From the NCBI GenBank assembly GCA_965209155.1, contig OZ242383.1, positions 765,236-829,235 on the forward strand: 64,000 nt of DNA, read 5' to 3'. The position numbers and the translations under genes were made by a program. Source of the stretch: a bacterium. GTDB taxonomy: Bacteria; SAR324; NAC60-12. Below are positions 31,080-40,119 of this stretch, in pieces (position 1 is the first letter of the stretch; every line of letters starts with the position of its first letter). The notes beneath the pieces were generated by a model. It did no database searches. It was given only the letters and a program-made list of their open reading frames with translations, and was not told the origin of the DNA.

Positions 31080-31321
31080 TAACCTGAGATCGAGATAAGC
31101 ATTTAATAAATTCAATATGTTATGGAATCTTCAAATAAGAGATACCAGGTCATTCCTGCGAAGCTTGTCCCTGTTAAACTTGTCCCTGCGAAAACAGGGA
31201 GCAGGGAGCAGGAATCCAGAGATAGGCAGCCAGACTGAAATATAGTTTCCGGGTCTTCGCCCGGAATGAAATATACACCAAGATACTCATATTATTGAAA
31301 ATTTACGTTGAATTCAGGTTA
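31080..31321 (+). mobile_element. MITE family 1, copy 1
   Basis: TAACCTGAGATCGAGATAAG... ...ACGTTGAATTCAGGTTA terminal inverted repeats. Alignable end to end with 62016..62258 and, in reverse complement, 39810..40007. No ORF. Confidence 0.8.
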
Positions 31322-31500
31322 TGTAGAATAATTACCACAGCGGTCAGAGTCACCCATCTCGGATTTTTCACCATGAAAGAAGCATGGTAGGAAGCGTACT
31401 AATCCCCATGAGCCCTTGCGCAGAATAAACTTTCACTTGCCACATCGTGGCCATCGCTTTTCGGGAACGATGGCCTTGAAGTAGGAAGTTGAAGACTGAG

Positions 31501-32277
31501 TCAGTCTTGTGGTTGGGTCTGGTTTTCGGGCGAATGGAAGAGGGATATGCGATTGCCGGCTATGTCGTTGAAGATAGCCAGCGAACCGAAACCACCAGGA
31601 ATCTCGCAGGGCTGCATCAGAGCCGTTCCGCCGAGACTTACGGCCTTGTCGATATACGCTTGCAAGTCATCGACCCTGACCGCTACCGAGGGAGCGTTGG
31701 GCGGCATACCATCCATATGCTGAAAGATACCGCCACCGATGCCGCCCGATTCCTGTTGTATCAGCCGGTAATTCATGGCTTCCATATGGGTAGTTTGCCA
31801 ACCGAACATCCCCCTGTAGAACTCGTCGAGAGCGGCTGCATCGCTACCACCCAGCTCAAAGTGAACTACAGGCGGGTCATTGCTCTTCGGGGGCATCTCA
31901 CCGTTCCAATCGGTGGGTAGAGAGTACAGCCCGATGACGTTGTGAGCAGGGTCCGAAAACATGGCGATTGAGCCCATGCCGGGAGCAATTTCCATCGGAG
32001 GCATAATTGTTGCGCCACCCATATCGGACAGCTTGTCCAAGGACGCCTGAAGGTCATCTACCTGAATGTAAAAAGTCACGTAATTGCAGGAAGACATGTC
32101 CTCGCTGATTTCCATGATGCCCCCACCGACGCCGCCCTCACCACACTGCACTAAACCATAGTTTCTCATCTCTTCGCCCAACTCTTTTATATCCCAACCG
32201 AACAGGTTTCGATAAAACTGTCGCAAGGCCTGGCCGTCAGGGCCTGCGATTTCAAAATGCACTACCGGGTTTCCCAT
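31501..32277 (-). CDS. VOC/glyoxalase-family protein (two tandem domains)
   Basis: Internal duplication VVHFEIAGPDGQALRQFYRNLFGWD / VVHFELGGSDAAALDEFYRGMFGWQ. Visibly more GC-rich than its flanks. Confidence 0.75.
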   Translation of the reverse strand: MGNPVVHFEIAGPDGQALRQFYRNLFGWDIKELGEEMRNYGLVQCGEGGVGGGIMEISEDMSSCNYVTFYIQVDDLQASLDKLSDMGGATIMPPMEIAPGMGSIAMFSDPAHNVIGLYSLPTDWNGEMPPKSNDPPVVHFELGGSDAAALDEFYRGMFGWQTTHMEAMNYRLIQQESGGIGGGIFQHMDGMPPNAPSVAVRVDDLQAYIDKAVSLGGTALMQPCEIPGGFGSLAIFNDIAGNRISLFHSPENQTQPQD

Positions 32278-32462
32278 TACTCCTCCTGGCTTTTATGAAT
32301 GTTCTGCGTGTTCTTCAATACTTGTATCAGAAAAAATTTAAAACGAATGGTCATTCATGTCAAGGGCATTTTGACCAGGATTTTCCTTTTCAGCGCGACG
32401 AACCTTGTTTTCAAAATATGCTGATTTTTATGAATAGCATGGAATACCAACTCTTGAGATTG

Positions 32463-32632
32463 ACGTGAATCAGGGTTAAAAAAAGTGTCATTCCTGGCTT
32501 GACCCGGAGATAAAAAAAATGTCATTCCTGGCTTGATCAAGAATCCAGGGGGATGAGGACGATCTTTTGGATGCCGGATCATAATTATTAAATTATTGAT
32601 TTTATAAATTAAATTTCAACTCCTGATTCGCA
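32463..32632 (-). mobile_element. MITE family 2, copy 1 (flanked by 8-bp direct repeat TGAGATTG)
   Basis: Ends ACGTGAATCAGGGTT... ...CTCCTGATTCGCA are inverted repeats. TGAGATTG occurs at 32455-32462 and again at 32633-32640. Its reverse complement aligns with 37581..37748. Confidence 0.85.
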
Positions 32633-32867
32633 TGAGATTGTTAATATGTTAAAAGATAGGAACAAAGGCAACTGGGAAAAAGAAAATGACGCTTTATGTT
32701 TGACTGCCCATTTTATTCCCTGTATTTATGCATATGAAAATAGCTTTTCGCCGTCTGTTTTCGAACGCCCTTGCGGTGGGCCATCAAGGGATGGACACGG
32801 ACGAAAAAGCGTTTTTTTCTTGGAAATACCTCTAATGAATGACTCTGAAATTAACAATGTGGGTTTT

Positions 32868-33386
32868 ATGAAGTCTTTAATCATTTTAATTTCTACAATT
32901 ATAATAGGAGTTGGGTGTTCCAAGCCTTTAACATCTTTAGATTATTCACAAAAAAGAAAAACAGTTGCGACTTCTCAGAAAAGTATGGGTTTATTACTGG
33001 CTTTTAAAAAAGCCACAGGAGTTGATGAGGATATTTATATTGCTATACGTCCGGACTCTCACCCAGAGCTATGTCTGGAAGGGGATTTGGAATTATTTAG
33101 AATTGATGATTCCCTGTCTGTTCTTATTGGTGATCGTTTACTTGTTGGATGGATTAAAAAAGGAGAAAATGAAGTTACTTATTCTGAAAGAGCATGTCGA
33201 TTTCATAGAATTGTTAATTGGTCAAATAATAAAGTTGAGAGTTTTGAAAAAAGAGTTTGCAAAGATGAAACAGTTATTGTTGAGAAATCATTTGAGTTTA
33301 AGAAAGACACCATTTCTTATTCCATTGATTTAAAATTAAATGGAAAAGACCAAGAACGAATCTCCTGTAAATTAGAAAGACAGTAA
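32868..33386 (+). CDS. Hypothetical lipoprotein (AT-rich)
   Basis: MKSLIILISTIIIGVGC lipobox-type signal. Strongly AT-rich codons compared with its neighbours. The upstream part of the 246-aa track ORF is probably non-coding. Confidence 0.55.
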   Translation: MKSLIILISTIIIGVGCSKPLTSLDYSQKRKTVATSQKSMGLLLAFKKATGVDEDIYIAIRPDSHPELCLEGDLELFRIDDSLSVLIGDRLLVGWIKKGENEVTYSERACRFHRIVNWSNNKVESFEKRVCKDETVIVEKSFEFKKDTISYSIDLKLNGKDQERISCKLERQ

Positions 33387-33586
33387 TGTTGAATTTCACT
33401 ATTTCCTTCTCTTTTATATCATTACAAATCAACCTGGAACCCTTTACATGTCACCAAAATGAAATATTGTTTGAAACTGATTCCAGGAAGATACTGCAAC
33501 AAAGAGACCCAACCTCTTCAGTTTAATCTGACTCAGTGGAGTTGATTTGCTCGGATATTGATTCGGAGAGGTCAACCGTCTCTGTT

Positions 33587-34018
33587 TCATTTATTTTCTT
33601 GAGCAGCAGCATGAATATCTACTATTTCCGCCTGAATCTTGAGCAGCTGCATGATATCTGCCATTTCCGCCTGAACAATCGTCAAATCGGTAGTGTTTGG
33701 GTCTGTATTATTCAGTATGTCCTGCCATGTGGCGATGCGTTGCTCTATCAATATGAATAATTCCCTGTCCACCTCCAATCTACGCTCATACAGCTTTTTT
33801 GATTCGTCCAATGAATCCTCTAGCTCACTTTGATATTTCAGCGTGCTATCCACCAACTCATTCAGTACTGTCAATTTATTATCAAGTTGTTCAAACTGTT
33901 CGGAGTCGTCAAATAGGAGCCTGTCACCCCAGTAAAGTATGGTGAAACCCACAGTGAAAGCAAGTAAATATACAAGAAAAGACTGCATCATCTGCTTGTT
34001 TTTCAAGAATTTAAACAT
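33587..34018 (-). CDS. Hypothetical N-terminally anchored coiled-coil protein
   Basis: TM helix FLVYLLAFTVGFTILYW, then a charged helical region. No known motif. Confidence 0.5.
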   Translation of the reverse strand: MFKFLKNKQMMQSFLVYLLAFTVGFTILYWGDRLLFDDSEQFEQLDNKLTVLNELVDSTLKYQSELEDSLDESKKLYERRLEVDRELFILIEQRIATWQDILNNTDPNTTDLTIVQAEMADIMQLLKIQAEIVDIHAAAQENK

Positions 34019-34143
34019 AATGTGACCTCACCTCGGGATAGTGTAAATTGAATTGTGTGAATTTGAGAAGGGCTTGAATCCATAGGACTTTCCCGGTAGG
34101 TTTGATGAAGTCAAATTTGCACCTACTATAAGGAGAAAGCCCC

Positions 34144-34320
34144 ATGAAATTTGAATTGACCGTATCGGAATTTAAGGAAATGTTCAATACGCTTCAAAGC
34201 CCTCATGAATTGTTGGCGCTGTTGCGAGTGGCACTCGAACAAAATTTATCGTTGCTACATAACGACAAGGATTTTGATAAGAGAGCGAGTGTCGTCGATT
34301 TGAAACTTTATAGACTCTGA
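34144..34320 (+). CDS. Hypothetical 58-aa protein
   Basis: AAGGAGA 7 nt upstream of the ATG. MKFELTVSEFKEMFNTLQSPHELLALLRVALEQNLS... No homology recognised. Confidence 0.35.
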   Translation: MKFELTVSEFKEMFNTLQSPHELLALLRVALEQNLSLLHNDKDFDKRASVVDLKLYRL

Positions 34321-34334
34321 AAAAAGGAGAGAAA

Positions 34335-34670
34335 ATGATTCTGAGGATGCCACATGTTTTGCGGATGTTGTTCTTGCTGGGGGCGTTGCTTCTGGCATGG
34401 CCGGTGTAGGCGGATTATTATGATGGCTTGCGGGAATGGGATGCCGGGCGTCATCGCGAGGCGTTGGTCAAATGGCAGGAAGCCGTTAGAGAAGGAGACA
34501 CGCGCTCCATGATGGCCCCGGGCCGCTTGTATATGAAAGGATTGGGTGCGCCCCAGGACTACATCGAAGTGCACAAGCGGATTAAATTGGGTTCATCCAT
34601 TGTGGAAACGAATCAATCCCGGAATCGCCAGGATTGTTTGGAAACCCTTCAGACTCAAATCTTTGCTTAA
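34335..34670 (+). pseudogene. Sel1-repeat protein pseudogene (in-frame TAG, 3' truncated)
   Basis: The signal peptide MILRMPHVLRMLFLLGALLLAWPV is followed by TAG (34407-34409). The same frame then reads a Sel1-type repeat: ALVKWQEAVREGDTRSMMAPGRLYMKGLGAPQDYIEVHKRIKL. Homology stops where repeat R3 begins. Confidence 0.7.
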
Positions 34671-34722
34671 ACTTCCAAGCATGACCCCTTTTTGACACTC
34701 ATTTCTAGAATTTGGTGACATC
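34589..34722 (+). repeat. Repeat R3, copy a (~135 nt, unknown nature)
   Basis: Aligns by eye with 62296..62443, e.g. GGGTTCATC..., GAAACCCTYCAGRYTCRAATCTTTGCTTRAA, ATTTCTA. Confidence 0.65.
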
Positions 34723-34761
34723 AAACATAATAATTGCACTAAAGTTTACAATTTTGTTAAC

Positions 34762-35124
34762 ATGGCTATTTCGAGAGAAATCAATTTTTGTCAGTTGGAA
34801 TCGGGAAAAAGTCCTGTAGAAGAGTTTCTGGATTCCTTGAACGACAAACAACTACAAAAAGTTTATTTCGTATTGCGATTGCTTCAAACTCAAGAAGTTA
34901 TTCCTAAAGAATACTTCAAATAACTTATAGGGACAGAAGATATTTGGGAAGTACGAGTACAATTTGGCAATCATATCTTCCGATTGCTTGGCTTCTTTGA
35001 AGAAAAAAATCGAATCATTCTAAATCATGGTTTTACCAAGAAAACTCGAAAAACCCCAAAGTCTGAAATCAAGCAAGCAGAGGCAAGAAAGAGCGAATAT
35101 AAAAGGAGAAGGAAAAATGGATGA
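34762..35124 (+). pseudogene. HigB/Gp49-like (DUF891, RelE/ParE superfamily) toxin with premature TAA
   Basis: ESGKSPVEEFLDSLNDKQLQKV...EYFK then TAA (34921-34923). The same frame then continues LIGTEDIWEVRVQFGNHIFRLLGFFEEKNRIILNHGFTKKTRKTPKSEI. Confidence 0.8.
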
Positions 35125-35392
35125 CTTAGATCAATATATGCAAAAACGGATGAAAAATAATCCAGAGTTTTGGGAAAATACTGAAGAGAAGTTTGAGTTA
35201 TTTAAAGTTGGATTTTTATTGAAACAAGCAAGAGAAGAGGCCGGAATGACTCAAGAACAAATAGCTCTATCTTTGCAAACGAACAAAACTGCTATTTCTC
35301 GCATAGAAAATCATGCTTCAGATATACGGCTATCGACTCTGGAAAAATTTGCTCAAGCTTTGGGAAAAAAGCTTCGAGTGGCCCTTGAATAA
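35117..35392 (+). CDS. XRE-family HTH antitoxin (HigA-like)
   Basis: Overlaps the toxin frame end by 8 nt. LKQAREEAGMTQEQIALSLQTNKTAISRIENHASDIRLSTLEKFAQALG. Confidence 0.8.
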   Translation: MDDLDQYMQKRMKNNPEFWENTEEKFELFKVGFLLKQAREEAGMTQEQIALSLQTNKTAISRIENHASDIRLSTLEKFAQALGKKLRVALE

Positions 35393-35431
35393 GGGTAACG
35401 GTGATAGGAAAGGAGGGAGGAAACGGAGATA

Positions 35432-35625
35432 ATGGGGTCGCTCATTAACAAGGTCTATCACATTCAAAATGTCAACGCATATGACAGCCGATTAAAAGGA
35501 TGGATGCACCGATTCAATGGGGTTGCAACAAAATACCTCCCAATTACTTGGGATGGAGGCGATGCCTTGAAAAACAGGGAAATTCAATCGCACCGCTGAC
35601 CTATCTCAACTGTGCTTTGGAGTGA
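35432..35625 (+). pseudogene. IS1595-family transposase C-terminal remnant (frameshifted)
   Basis: [29 protein letters not shown], then after a frameshift [10 protein letters not shown]. Only the last ~60 codons are present. Confidence 0.65.
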
Positions 35626-35682
35626 CCAATACTAAACTCAAATTGAGCCATTAAAAACTGTAAACTTTTTTAGGGGAGATTC

Positions 35683-37245
35683 ATGTCTGAAGAGAAACCG
35701 GACCGCAGTGGCGCGGAAAGTCTGGTGCAAACCTTTGTGGATGCGGACGTTGATGTCTGTTTTGCGAATCCGGGAACATCGGAAATGCACTTTGTGGCAG
35801 CGTTGGATACCAACCCGGAGATGCGCTGCATTCTGGGTTTGTTCGAGGGGATTGTCACGGGCGCCGCTGATGGTTATGGGCGCATGGCGGGCAAGCCCGC
35901 TGCGACGCTGACCCATTTGGGTCCGGGGTTCAGCAACGGCTGGGCAAACCTGCACAATGCCAAGAAGGCGCGAACACCGGTCTTAAACGTCGTTGGTGAT
36001 CACGCGACGTATCACCGTAAGTACGATGCGCCGTTGACGTCCGACGTCGAGGGCGTGGCCCGCTCAGTTTCGGGCTGGGTCAAGGTTTCGCAATCGGCCG
36101 ATGAAGTAGCCGCAGACGGCGCGGAAGCGGTACAAGCGGCAATGGCACCTCCCGGGCAAGTAGCTACCTTGATTCTCCCGGCGGACACCGCATGGAGTCG
36201 CACGACGTCGCGGGGTAAGCCGCTACCTCGTATCGAGCCGAAAAATCCGTCCGGGGACAACATCGACGCGGTTGCCAAAGCATTGAAGACTGGTGAGTCG
36301 GCGGTTTTGCTGCTGAACGGCCACATCACCGAGGAGCGATCTGCCTTGGCGGATCGGATCGCCCAAACCACGGGCTCGCGCGTGATCATGGATACGTTCA
36401 TTCCGCGTCTGCAACGAGGTGCGGGGCGCGCGGGACTGCAGCGTCTGCCTTACTTCGGTGAGCAAGCGACGGAGGTGTTGGCCGGTACAAGACATTTGAT
36501 CTTGGTGAGTTCGCAACCGCCCATCACCTTTTTCGCTTATCCCGACAAGCCGAATTGGTTGACGCCGGAGGGTTGCGAATTGCTCGCGCTTGTCGAACGC
36601 GATGAGGACGTGACTGCAGCCTTGGCGGCTCTTGCCGATGCAGTCGGCGCCGCCAGCACACAAGCCAATCTAGTGGAGCTGGAACTTCCCGACTTGCCCA
36701 AAGGAGACCTCACGCCGGGATCGATCGGTGCTTCGTTGGCCCACCAGTTTCCCGAGAATGCGATCGTCGTGGACGAAAGCGGCACGTGTGGCAGGGGATG
36801 CACCGACTTTACGCGTACGTCTCCGCCGCATGACTGGCTCATGCTGACCGGCGGTTCGATCGGCTATGGGCAACCGTGCGCGACGGGCGCGGCTGTCGCC
36901 GCACCCAATCGCCGCGTGATTTGTTTGCAAGCCGATGGCGGAGGAATGTACACGCTGCAGGCTCTGTGGACCCAGGCGCGTGAAAAGCTCGACGTAACCA
37001 CAATTATCTTTGCCAATCAGAAATACTCGATTTTGCAGATTGAGTTCGGACGCGTCGGCGCCCACAACCCGGGACCGAAGGCGATGAGTATGCTCGACCT
37101 GACGAACCCGGAACTCAACTGGGTCTCTCTGGCGGAAGGCATGGGTGTACCGGCGTGGCGGGTCACAACGGCCGAACAGTTCAATAAGGTGTTGGCGGAT
37201 TCGTTGAATTCACCCGGCCCGTCGCTCATCGAGGCGATGATTTAG
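35683..37245 (+). CDS. Thiamine-pyrophosphate-dependent enzyme, acetolactate-synthase-large-subunit-like
   Basis: N-terminal TPP pyrimidine-binding domain (ESLVQTFVDADVDVCFANPGTSEMHF, GPGFSNGWANLHNA). C-terminal TPP-binding loop (LQADGGGMYTLQALWT...IIFANQ). Markedly GC-rich. Confidence 0.8.
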   Translation: MSEEKPDRSGAESLVQTFVDADVDVCFANPGTSEMHFVAALDTNPEMRCILGLFEGIVTGAADGYGRMAGKPAATLTHLGPGFSNGWANLHNAKKARTPVLNVVGDHATYHRKYDAPLTSDVEGVARSVSGWVKVSQSADEVAADGAEAVQAAMAPPGQVATLILPADTAWSRTTSRGKPLPRIEPKNPSGDNIDAVAKALKTGESAVLLLNGHITEERSALADRIAQTTGSRVIMDTFIPRLQRGAGRAGLQRLPYFGEQATEVLAGTRHLILVSSQPPITFFAYPDKPNWLTPEGCELLALVERDEDVTAALAALADAVGAASTQANLVELELPDLPKGDLTPGSIGASLAHQFPENAIVVDESGTCGRGCTDFTRTSPPHDWLMLTGGSIGYGQPCATGAAVAAPNRRVICLQADGGGMYTLQALWTQAREKLDVTTIIFANQKYSILQIEFGRVGAHNPGPKAMSMLDLTNPELNWVSLAEGMGVPAWRVTTAEQFNKVLADSLNSPGPSLIEAMI

Positions 37246-37580
37246 GTATTGGTATGACAAATCCAGCCATGGATGGCCTGAGGACAGTGGGTCCTGGATC
37301 GATAAGATACGGGAATAGTGAATGGCAGGCCAAATCTGGCCTGAGGAGTAACTCTCGTCTCTTTTGAGATGATCGAACCAACTGAGGAGACGGCTGCTGC
37401 CGTCCATGAAAAAACATAGCCTCTGCAAAAAGAAATCAGTGACCGCAATCCCTTAGAATCCGATTGGATATTAAAATTGCATGTTTACTATTTCCATCTT
37501 TTGATGCCACCCGGATATTGAAAGCCATCCCATTGCCCAAAAAACTTGTATGATTCGGCTAATTTTTGTATAAAATACTT

Positions 37581-37748
37581 TGCGAATCAAGAGTTGAAAT
37601 TCAGTTTATAAAATTAATTTAACAATTATGATGTGTCATGCTGGTTCCGGATCAAGTTCAGGATGATCCAGCATCCAAAATATCGCCCGTATACCCTGGA
37701 TTCCTGGTCAAGCCAGGAATGACACGTTTTTTAACTCCTGATTCACGT
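37581..37748 (+). mobile_element. MITE family 2, copy 2
   Basis: TGCGAATCAAGAGTT... ...AACTCCTGATTCACGT. Inverted relative to copy 1. No clean target duplication seen. Confidence 0.8.
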
Positions 37749-37874
37749 AAAATTCTACGATATCCTACTTTTTTTCAAAGGACGGAATAGTGAATGTGAC
37801 CCAAGTCCGGTTTTTCACGCTTACGATGAAAAGCATTGATTTCGAGCTTCCGTTCTCCTTCTGAAGAGTGCAGC

Positions 37875-39785
37875 ATGATACAACAACTACGAGAACAATC
37901 CCAAAGTATTTTTTTCAAAATCCTGCTTGGATTCATTGCCATTACTTTTGTGATTTCCTTTGGAGTCGGTTCTTTTTTCGGCAGTCGTAAAGAGGTCATT
38001 GCCTTGGTCAATTCAAAAGAATTGTTACTGCAGGAATTCCAGCGCACGTATTCCCAGCAAATCGAAAACTTGAGAGCCCGCTTCGGAACGAATGCCGACC
38101 AACTGGCAGAACAAATCAATTTGAGGCAGCAAGTGCTGCAACAGTTGATCAATCGTTATTTGCTGGCCGATGAAGCCGAAAAACAGGGCATAAGGCTCAC
38201 CGACTTCGAACTACAGGATTATATTAAAAATCTACCCTATTTTCAGATCGATGGTCAATTCGATTTCAATACGTACGAGCAGATTTTACGGCAAAATCGC
38301 ATGTTGGTGGAAGAATACGAAGCGGAACTGCGAGTGGACCTGCTTGCCAGTAAATACCAGGATATGCTTTTGTCGGGCATACTCGTCAGCGATGCGGAAG
38401 TGGATCGCATCTACCATAATGAAAATGAAACCATTACCGTCGAATATCTCTATTTCGATCCACTGCTCTTTATGGACCAGGTCGAATCAGACGATGACGA
38501 ATTGCAAAAATATTATGAGGACCACCCTGACGAATTCGAGCAACCCAAGCGTTTCAAAATCGAATATTTTCTCCTCACGCTGGATCAATTCAAAGAAACC
38601 GCCGTGGCGAAAGAACGGGAAATCGTGCGATACTATGAAAGAAACAGAGAGGAGTACACGACGCCTGTTGCCTTAAAAGCAAGGCATATATTGATCAAAG
38701 CCGACATGGAAATGGCGGCGGACGAAAAGGCCCAAAAACGGCAACAAGCCGAAAATATTCTCAAACAACTGCAACAAGGCGCGGTTTTCGAAGAACTGGC
38801 GCGCGCGTATTCGGAGGACTTTTCCAAGGAGCAAGGAGGAGATTTGGGCTGGTTTGAACCAGGCGAGATGGCGGCAGGTTTTGAAGAGGTAGCCTTCAAC
38901 CTGCAACCCGGAGAGTTGAGCGCCGTCGTGGAAACGCCTTTCGGCTTTCACATCATCCGTGTGGATGAAAAAAAAGAGGAAAGCGTCCAAACCCTGGAAG
39001 ACGTCCGTGCTGAAATCGAAGATCTTTTGAGAGAATCGCGGGCCCAGAAAAAGTTGGACCTGGAATACCAAAGATTATTGAGCAGGATGGAAGAAGAAAA
39101 AGATCTTGCCGCCATAGCAGAAAGTTTCGGGACCTCCGTTGCGCAAACCGAATTTTTCGACCGGGAAGACAGCGTCGAGAAACTGGGTTCGCTCGATGTC
39201 CTGGCAGATCAGTTGCAGTCCCAGCAAGTGGGGGACTATGGACGATTGCAACGCAATCCGATCCAAGGTTACGTTTTTTATGAATTGCTGGACGTTCAGG
39301 AACCTTCGACCAAGCCATTCGAGGAAGTGGAAACGGAAGTCACCCGACTGGTCGAGCAACAAAAAGCAGTTGACCTGGCATCCGACATTGGTCAGAAAGA
39401 ATCGACAGCGTTGACGGATGGCAAATCCCTGGAAAGCATTGCGGCGTCTTACGGTCTCGAACTCGGGGAAACGACGTTGACTGCGGTGAGCGACGTGATC
39501 AGCGGGATAGGTTACGATCCGGTATTCAAAAAAAACGTACTGGCTTTGAATGATTCCCGGAAGGTGAGCGGCAGTCTCTACCAGGAAAAATATTATCTCA
39601 TTGAACTCAAAAACCGACAATTGGCGGAGGATGAGAATATCGATGCCAAAAAAAAAGAGGTTCGCCAGAGATTGATCGCGCAAATCAGACAGGCCTTTGT
39701 CGACAAAGACATGCAACGCTTGCGAGATGCGGCCAGCATTGAAATTCTCAATCCGTTCTTCCGCTCCGACGCTCCTGAAAGCTAG
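37875..39785 (+). CDS. ppiD: Periplasmic chaperone / peptidyl-prolyl isomerase PpiD
   Basis: N-terminal TM anchor (IFFKILLGFIAITFVISFG), a SurA-N-like region, and a parvulin domain (ARHILIK...GGDLGWFEPGEMAAGFEEVAF...PFGFHIIRV). Confidence 0.85.
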   Translation: MIQQLREQSQSIFFKILLGFIAITFVISFGVGSFFGSRKEVIALVNSKELLLQEFQRTYSQQIENLRARFGTNADQLAEQINLRQQVLQQLINRYLLADEAEKQGIRLTDFELQDYIKNLPYFQIDGQFDFNTYEQILRQNRMLVEEYEAELRVDLLASKYQDMLLSGILVSDAEVDRIYHNENETITVEYLYFDPLLFMDQVESDDDELQKYYEDHPDEFEQPKRFKIEYFLLTLDQFKETAVAKEREIVRYYERNREEYTTPVALKARHILIKADMEMAADEKAQKRQQAENILKQLQQGAVFEELARAYSEDFSKEQGGDLGWFEPGEMAAGFEEVAFNLQPGELSAVVETPFGFHIIRVDEKKEESVQTLEDVRAEIEDLLRESRAQKKLDLEYQRLLSRMEEEKDLAAIAESFGTSVAQTEFFDREDSVEKLGSLDVLADQLQSQQVGDYGRLQRNPIQGYVFYELLDVQEPSTKPFEEVETEVTRLVEQQKAVDLASDIGQKESTALTDGKSLESIAASYGLELGETTLTAVSDVISGIGYDPVFKKNVLALNDSRKVSGSLYQEKYYLIELKNRQLAEDENIDAKKKEVRQRLIAQIRQAFVDKDMQRLRDAASIEILNPFFRSDAPES

Positions 39786-39809
39786 GACACTGCGGTGAAA
39801 GTCCATAGA

Positions 39810-40007
39810 TAACCTGAATTCGACATTATTCTTCAAGAACATGAGTATTTTGGTGTATTTGTCATCCTCGCGTAAGCGGGGATCCGGATTATAGTCTGGC
39901 TGTATTCCTCTGGATTCCTGCTTCCGCAGGAATGACAAGGATTCTCTAAGATATGAGAACCCCATAACATATTGAATATATTAAATTCTTATCTCGAACT
40001 CGTGTTA
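39810..40007 (-). mobile_element. MITE family 1, copy 3 (inverted, shorter)
   Basis: Its reverse complement reads TAACACGAGTTCGAGATAAG......GTCGAATTCAGGTTA and aligns with copies 1 and 2. One internal hairpin module is missing. Confidence 0.8.
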
Positions 40008-40119
40008 GATACCCTGAATTCCGGGTATTCGCCAGGAATGACTACGCTGCGAACAGCCGGAAGGAGAAAAAACATGTACGCACTCTTGCCCTGCGGTATT
40101 AGTGGGTAACTGACAAAAA

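Noticed and set aside
32646-32867. Upstream part of the 246-aa ORF taken as the lipoprotein N-terminus.
   Set aside because: Its composition differs from the AT-rich body, it abuts the MITE target duplication, and a canonical signal peptide with lipobox begins at the internal Met (32868).
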